Source of the DNA: Squalus acanthias
Taxonomy: Eukaryota
Direction of reading: 5' to 3'
NCBI GenBank assembly: GCA_030390025.1
Contig: CM059432.1
Location: forward strand, 5,518,001-5,582,000
Length of the DNA: 64,000 bases
Position numbers and translations under genes: made by a program. Every line of letters begins with the position of its first letter. The first letter of the stretch is position 1. Positions 59,391-64,000 of this stretch are shown in pieces. The notes under the pieces were generated by a model. That model saw nothing but the letters and a program-made list of their open reading frames with translations, made no database searches and had not been told where the DNA came from.

Positions 59391-61205
59391 GCTATAATTA
59401 ACACCTGCATTGAAACAGCAAAGGAATTTGACATAAGCAGATCTAAGAACACTGCGAATTGTAATTTATACTCAATGGTTATGGACAAGTCCTTTAAATC
59501 AAAAGATACCCACAGAACACCAGAGACAAAACCTGTGGGCCAAAATATCCAAAGCAAATGCACAATCAGCACATTACTTACTTCCCAAATAGAGTCTTTT
59601 AGCTAGTAAACTTTTTTTTGGTGGGGTGGGGATATAAAATGAAGAGGGGAATACATAAAAGTTCCTTGTGCATTGATTCACATCTCTTATTTTCCATAGT
59701 CAAGAGAGAACAATGCACAAGTTAAATAAAGTTCCACTCTGCTTCAAAAAGTGTAGTAATTTATGTAGACAAATGCTGCAGTGAATTTGCTCACAGCAAG
59801 GGTCCACAAAAAGCAAGCTCTGTTTATGTTGGTTGGGGGAAGCATTTTGGCCAGGGCATCAAGAGTGCCATGGGATATTTTACACCCATCTCAAACAGGT
59901 TTAACATCTCACCCAATAGACAGCACCTCTAATAATGCAGCATTTCCACAGTACTGCATCAAAATGTCAGCATGTGTGCTGAAATCCTAAGACATTTTAG
60001 TGAATGTCATGAACATTAATAGCAGTTGAAGAAAATCTTTGATGTGTAAATATATCTATCTATCTACCATAGCAATGCACCAAGGAATCAAGACTAAGTG
60101 TAGTCTCTGGGTCAAACAGGGCTTACAGAAGTAATTCAGCCTCCATTTAAAATCATATTTTGTCCTTAACCTTCATATTTCCATGATAAACCCCATTGAT
60201 AAGATTTATAATGGAATCTGCCAATAAATTTGTCAACATGTTTACAGTTAAATGTGGGCCCGAGAAGATTATTTTAAAATAAGACAGGCAACAGAGTCTG
60301 AAGTACATTTTAAAAACCAATTATGTTATTCCAGGTAGAGACCAATCATGGGTGTCTTGGTCCCCTTTATTCACACATTGGCGTGCTGCACAATTCCAGG
60401 AGTTGTTTTACATTACAGGCTAGGAGTTACGGTCGGAGGCGTATCTCCGGATTACGCCACCGACCAGTGAAGTAATTACAAAAGTACCTCCTGGCACTCA
60501 GGCTGCGAAGAGTTGCGGTCTCAGGCCTCAAGGCGGAGGGCAGCGTAATGGCCCACGGATCCCAGGTGGTGCGGAAACGTCCCTGAGATCACGTGGGCCT
60601 GGTCCTCCAATCAATAAGCAGAATTTCAATTCAATATTTACAAAGGGAATCCCCAATTCTAATTATACAAAGTACAGAATTGGAATTTTATTCATAATTA
60701 CCTTCATTCCAACATCACTAAAAATGTAATTGATAATTTTACACATTAAAACTCATTTAATACAGTGCATAATTTAGGATATAAAAATGTTTAATTAATA
60801 GCCTAGAAATCCCCTTACGCTGATGCAATTTACATCAACCGTAAGACTTCCATGCGCAATAGCCCAACTCTGCGCCAGCGATTGCTTTTTCGTGGCCCGC
60901 GCAGATGGCCTGTCAGCAGGTACGTCAACAGGCCGCAAGTTCCAGATTTCACGCATCTACAGGAATCAAGGGATATGGGATAGGGCATGACAGTGGAATT
61001 GAGGTCGAAGATCAGCCATGATCTTATTGAATGGCGGAGCAGGCTCGAGGGGCTGTATGGCCTACTCCTGCTCCTATTCCAAAAGAGAGACTTAGACATT
61101 TGGCTATTCCTAAAAGTCAGTAAGTGTATATTATAAAAAAAGACAAGACAATATTTTGAATTAATGTTATATTCTGCTGTTTACTTCTCGAAACGGTTCA
61201 GCTTA

Positions 61206-61376
<171 letters not shown>

Positions 61377-62904
61377 TTAAACTACGAACTCAATCAAACA
61401 ATACATGTTACAAAACAATGGTCTTCAACTAACACTCCAAACGCTCAAATGGTTCGACATACCATTTTTCTCTAAATATATACATTAGATGAATACGCTT
61501 AGAATGACACCGCACCGAGATCTTTGCTAAATGTTATGTTCTGCCAGCAACAGGTACACCTCGTTCAAATTTAAGCAAGCTTTACAATCACTCTTCCCCA
61601 CTATTTGGGCCATCATGCCTGTACCAGCTCTTTGAAGGAACTATCCAAGTTTGTCAGCTGTGGCTCAGTGAGTAGCACTCTCCTGAGTCAGAAGGTTGTG
61701 TGTTCAAGTCCCACTCCAGAGACTTAAACACAAAAATCTAGGCTGACAGAATCCAGTGCAGGCCCCATCTGCTCTCAGGTTGGCGTAAAAGATCCCATGG
61801 CACTATTTTGAATAAGAGCAGGAGAGTTCTGCCCAGTGTCAAGCACATATACAATTCCATGTTTGAAAAGGTTACTATTGAATCTGCTTCCACCACCCTT
61901 TCAGGCAGTGCGTTCCAGTTCATAACATAACATGGTACGGTAGTTATAGTGGTTATGTTACTGGGCTAGTAATCCAGATTAAATAAACCTGGAATAAAAA
62001 GCTGGTATCAGTAATGGTGACCATGAAGCTCCCGGACTGTCGTAAAAACCCACCTGGTTCACTAATGTCCTTTAGGGAAGGAAATCTGCCGTCCTTACCG
62101 GGTCTGGCCTGTGTGTGACTCCAGACCCACAGCAATGTGATTGACTCTTAACTGCCCCTCTGAAATGGCCTAGCAAGCCACTCAGCCCACCTGCTCAAGG
62201 GCAATTATGGATGGGCAATAAATGCTGGCCTTGCCAGTGATGCCCACATCCCAGGAACGAATACATTTTTAAAAAGCAAGATTTTTTTGCCAGTTCTATT
62301 AAATCTGTGTCCTCTGGTGACCGACCCTCCTACTAGTGGAAATGATTTCTTCATTCAATCAATAACCCGTATAATTTTGAACACTTCGATTAAAGTTCCC
62401 CTTAACCTTGCCTGCTCTAAAGGCGAGCAATGGCAGCTTCTCCAGACACAAGTCTCTGCTCTGCACCCTTAAACCCCCGCCGGATCCCGGTCTCCAAGGG
62501 CCTCGACACCAGTGCGCTTCACTCCCGAAATAAAACGATGGCAACTGAGGCGGGCAAACACTCCACACTCGGCCTCTCCTTTCCCCCCCCGAGTGTGGGG
62601 CTCGGTGCGGAGGCGCCCAAATCATTCGGGAAAAGCGGCAACCCACCCCCTACTACCTCAGCGCTGGAGCCAGGCCGCAACCTCGAGGCCCGGCTGGAAG
62701 CAGCCCGGCGCGGACCGCAAACCCCAACCGGCGGCGAAGCCAAAGCTGAGCGGAGAGCCGCCGATCCGCACAACCTCGGGTGGGTTAGAAGAAACCAAAC
62801 ACGGGCCCCCCGTTGCCCCCCCACACACCACCCAGGCCCCGGCCTGCTTCCACTCCACGTGAAGGCCTCCTCCCCAGGCCTCCCCACACCACCGCAGGCC
62901 TCAC

Positions 62905-62925
62905 CGTCTTCTTCGCCGCCACCAT
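62905..62925 (-). CDS. RPL30: 60S ribosomal protein L30, first coding exon
   Basis: ATGGTGGCGGCGAAGAAGACG encodes MVAAKKT, followed by a GTGAGG donor. The acceptor ttttttcag ends at 62960, so the exon spans 62959-62905. Confidence 0.93.
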
Positions 62926-63054
62926 CCTGCCCGGCCGCTTTGTTTCTTCCTCTCTTCTACTGAAAAAAGTCAAGTGAGAGCGGGAGTGAGCCGCCGCGGA
63001 GGGCCGGGGTGCGAGTGCGTGTGTGAGGGAGGGAGCGCCGCGAATCCGCCAGCC

Positions 63055-63090
63055 GACTCCAAGATGGCCGCGGACACCAAAGGAAGGGGC
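63055..63090 (-). promoter_or_regulatory. RPL30 TOP/TCT initiator and YY1 site within a CpG island
   Basis: The - strand reads CCCCTTCCTTT (pyrimidine initiator at about 63089-63079), then CGGCCATCTT (YY1-type motif, 63070-63061). It lies in a GC/CpG-rich island of about 62470-63240. Confidence 0.75.
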
Positions 63091-64000
63091 GGCCGCCCCG
63101 CCGCCCGCTTTACAGCGCCCAGCCCTCGCGAGAGCTGGCTGAGCTCACGTCCTCGGCCCCGCCCCCCCGCGGAGAGCAAGGGAGGACACGTGACACACAC
63201 CGCCCGGTTCAATTATACCACGTGACCCCCCCCCTCAAGCTCCATGGCAACGCTGACAGCAGCTCCCCAGACTCCAGCCTCAGAGAATTCCATTGGGAAA
63301 TGTTGATTTTGATCATTTTCCTTTTGTTTTTCATTTGCATTTTATTGTTTGTGCCCCTTTAAAAGGCGGCACTATTCTTAAATTGCGGAGCTGCTGGTGT
63401 TGGACTGGGGTGGACTAACGAACGACCTCATGGGGTAGTGGTCGAACGAACGATTCGAGCGAACGCAAGCATGCACATTGGAACTTACACTCGATCGAAC
63501 GAATGATCGCGTGGGGAACGATCAGACGAACGATTCGAGCGAACGCACGCAGGCGCGCACTTAGATAACTGATACGCACGCACGCATTCAGACATAATGG
63601 AACTTACGCTCGAGCGAACGAACGAACGCTTGAATGAACGAACGAACAATTGAATGAATGATCGAATGATCGAACGAATAATGCCAGTAGGACTGGCGTA
63701 AAACGGGTTTTTTCTTGGTTTATTGGAATAAATGTTATTTGTAGCATTAATTGGATTATGATGGTGCTATGTGTTTGTACACTGGTGTTGAAATGGGTTT
63801 TGTTTTACGTGGAGTTAACTTTGAGATTTATTATTTTAAATCTAAAAAGTTGTGTGTATTTAAGGGTATTTGTACTGTAAACATTATTGATTATTTGTAA
63901 AAGTAATCATTGCATTTATATTAACTAAGGCTGTTTTTAAGGCTTTATTTTTTACTGTGATGGATGAATGTAATGGATTTACTATGTAATGGATTTACTA

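Noticed and set aside
61400..61560. Second snoRNA in an RPL30 intron
   Set aside because: ACA-like motifs are present, but I could not establish a two-hairpin fold or C/D boxes by eye.
62430..63225. ORFs over the RPL30 CpG island, or a divergent gene start
   Set aside because: These are stop-poor GC-rich frames. Only MVAAKKT is supported, and no divergent coding exon is visible before the window ends.

Overview
This is vertebrate nuclear DNA, most likely from a shark or other cartilaginous fish, judging by its HE1-like V-SINE, DeuSINE, CR1, L2, RTE and Penelope repeats. Two genes lie tail-to-tail, as MATN2 and RPL30 do in other vertebrates. The + strand carries a matrilin-2 orthologue with 9 coding exons (6440-44985). 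They splice in frame to 599 aa: signal peptide, vWA1, only 3 EGF repeats, vWA2 and a coiled coil. Its last intron is a U12-type AT-AC intron (41717-44929). The - strand carries RPL30 (4 coding exons, 62925-57720, 115 aa) with a TOP/YY1 promoter and the H/ACA snoRNA SNORA72 in its last intron. Most remaining sequence is nested transposon debris. This includes a near-complete CR1 with a 9-bp TSD, Penelope-like elements, Harbinger and hAT MITEs, and a decayed Harbinger transposase/Myb pair. The most notable structure the ORF track misses is five minimal hammerhead-ribozyme cores, plus one half-core, carried by two Penelope-like families. Two matrilin splice acceptors sit directly on retroelement tails, and there is a 104-bp local inverted duplication. 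All calls come from reading the sequence by eye. No searches were run, and repeat boundaries without a stated TSD are approximate.
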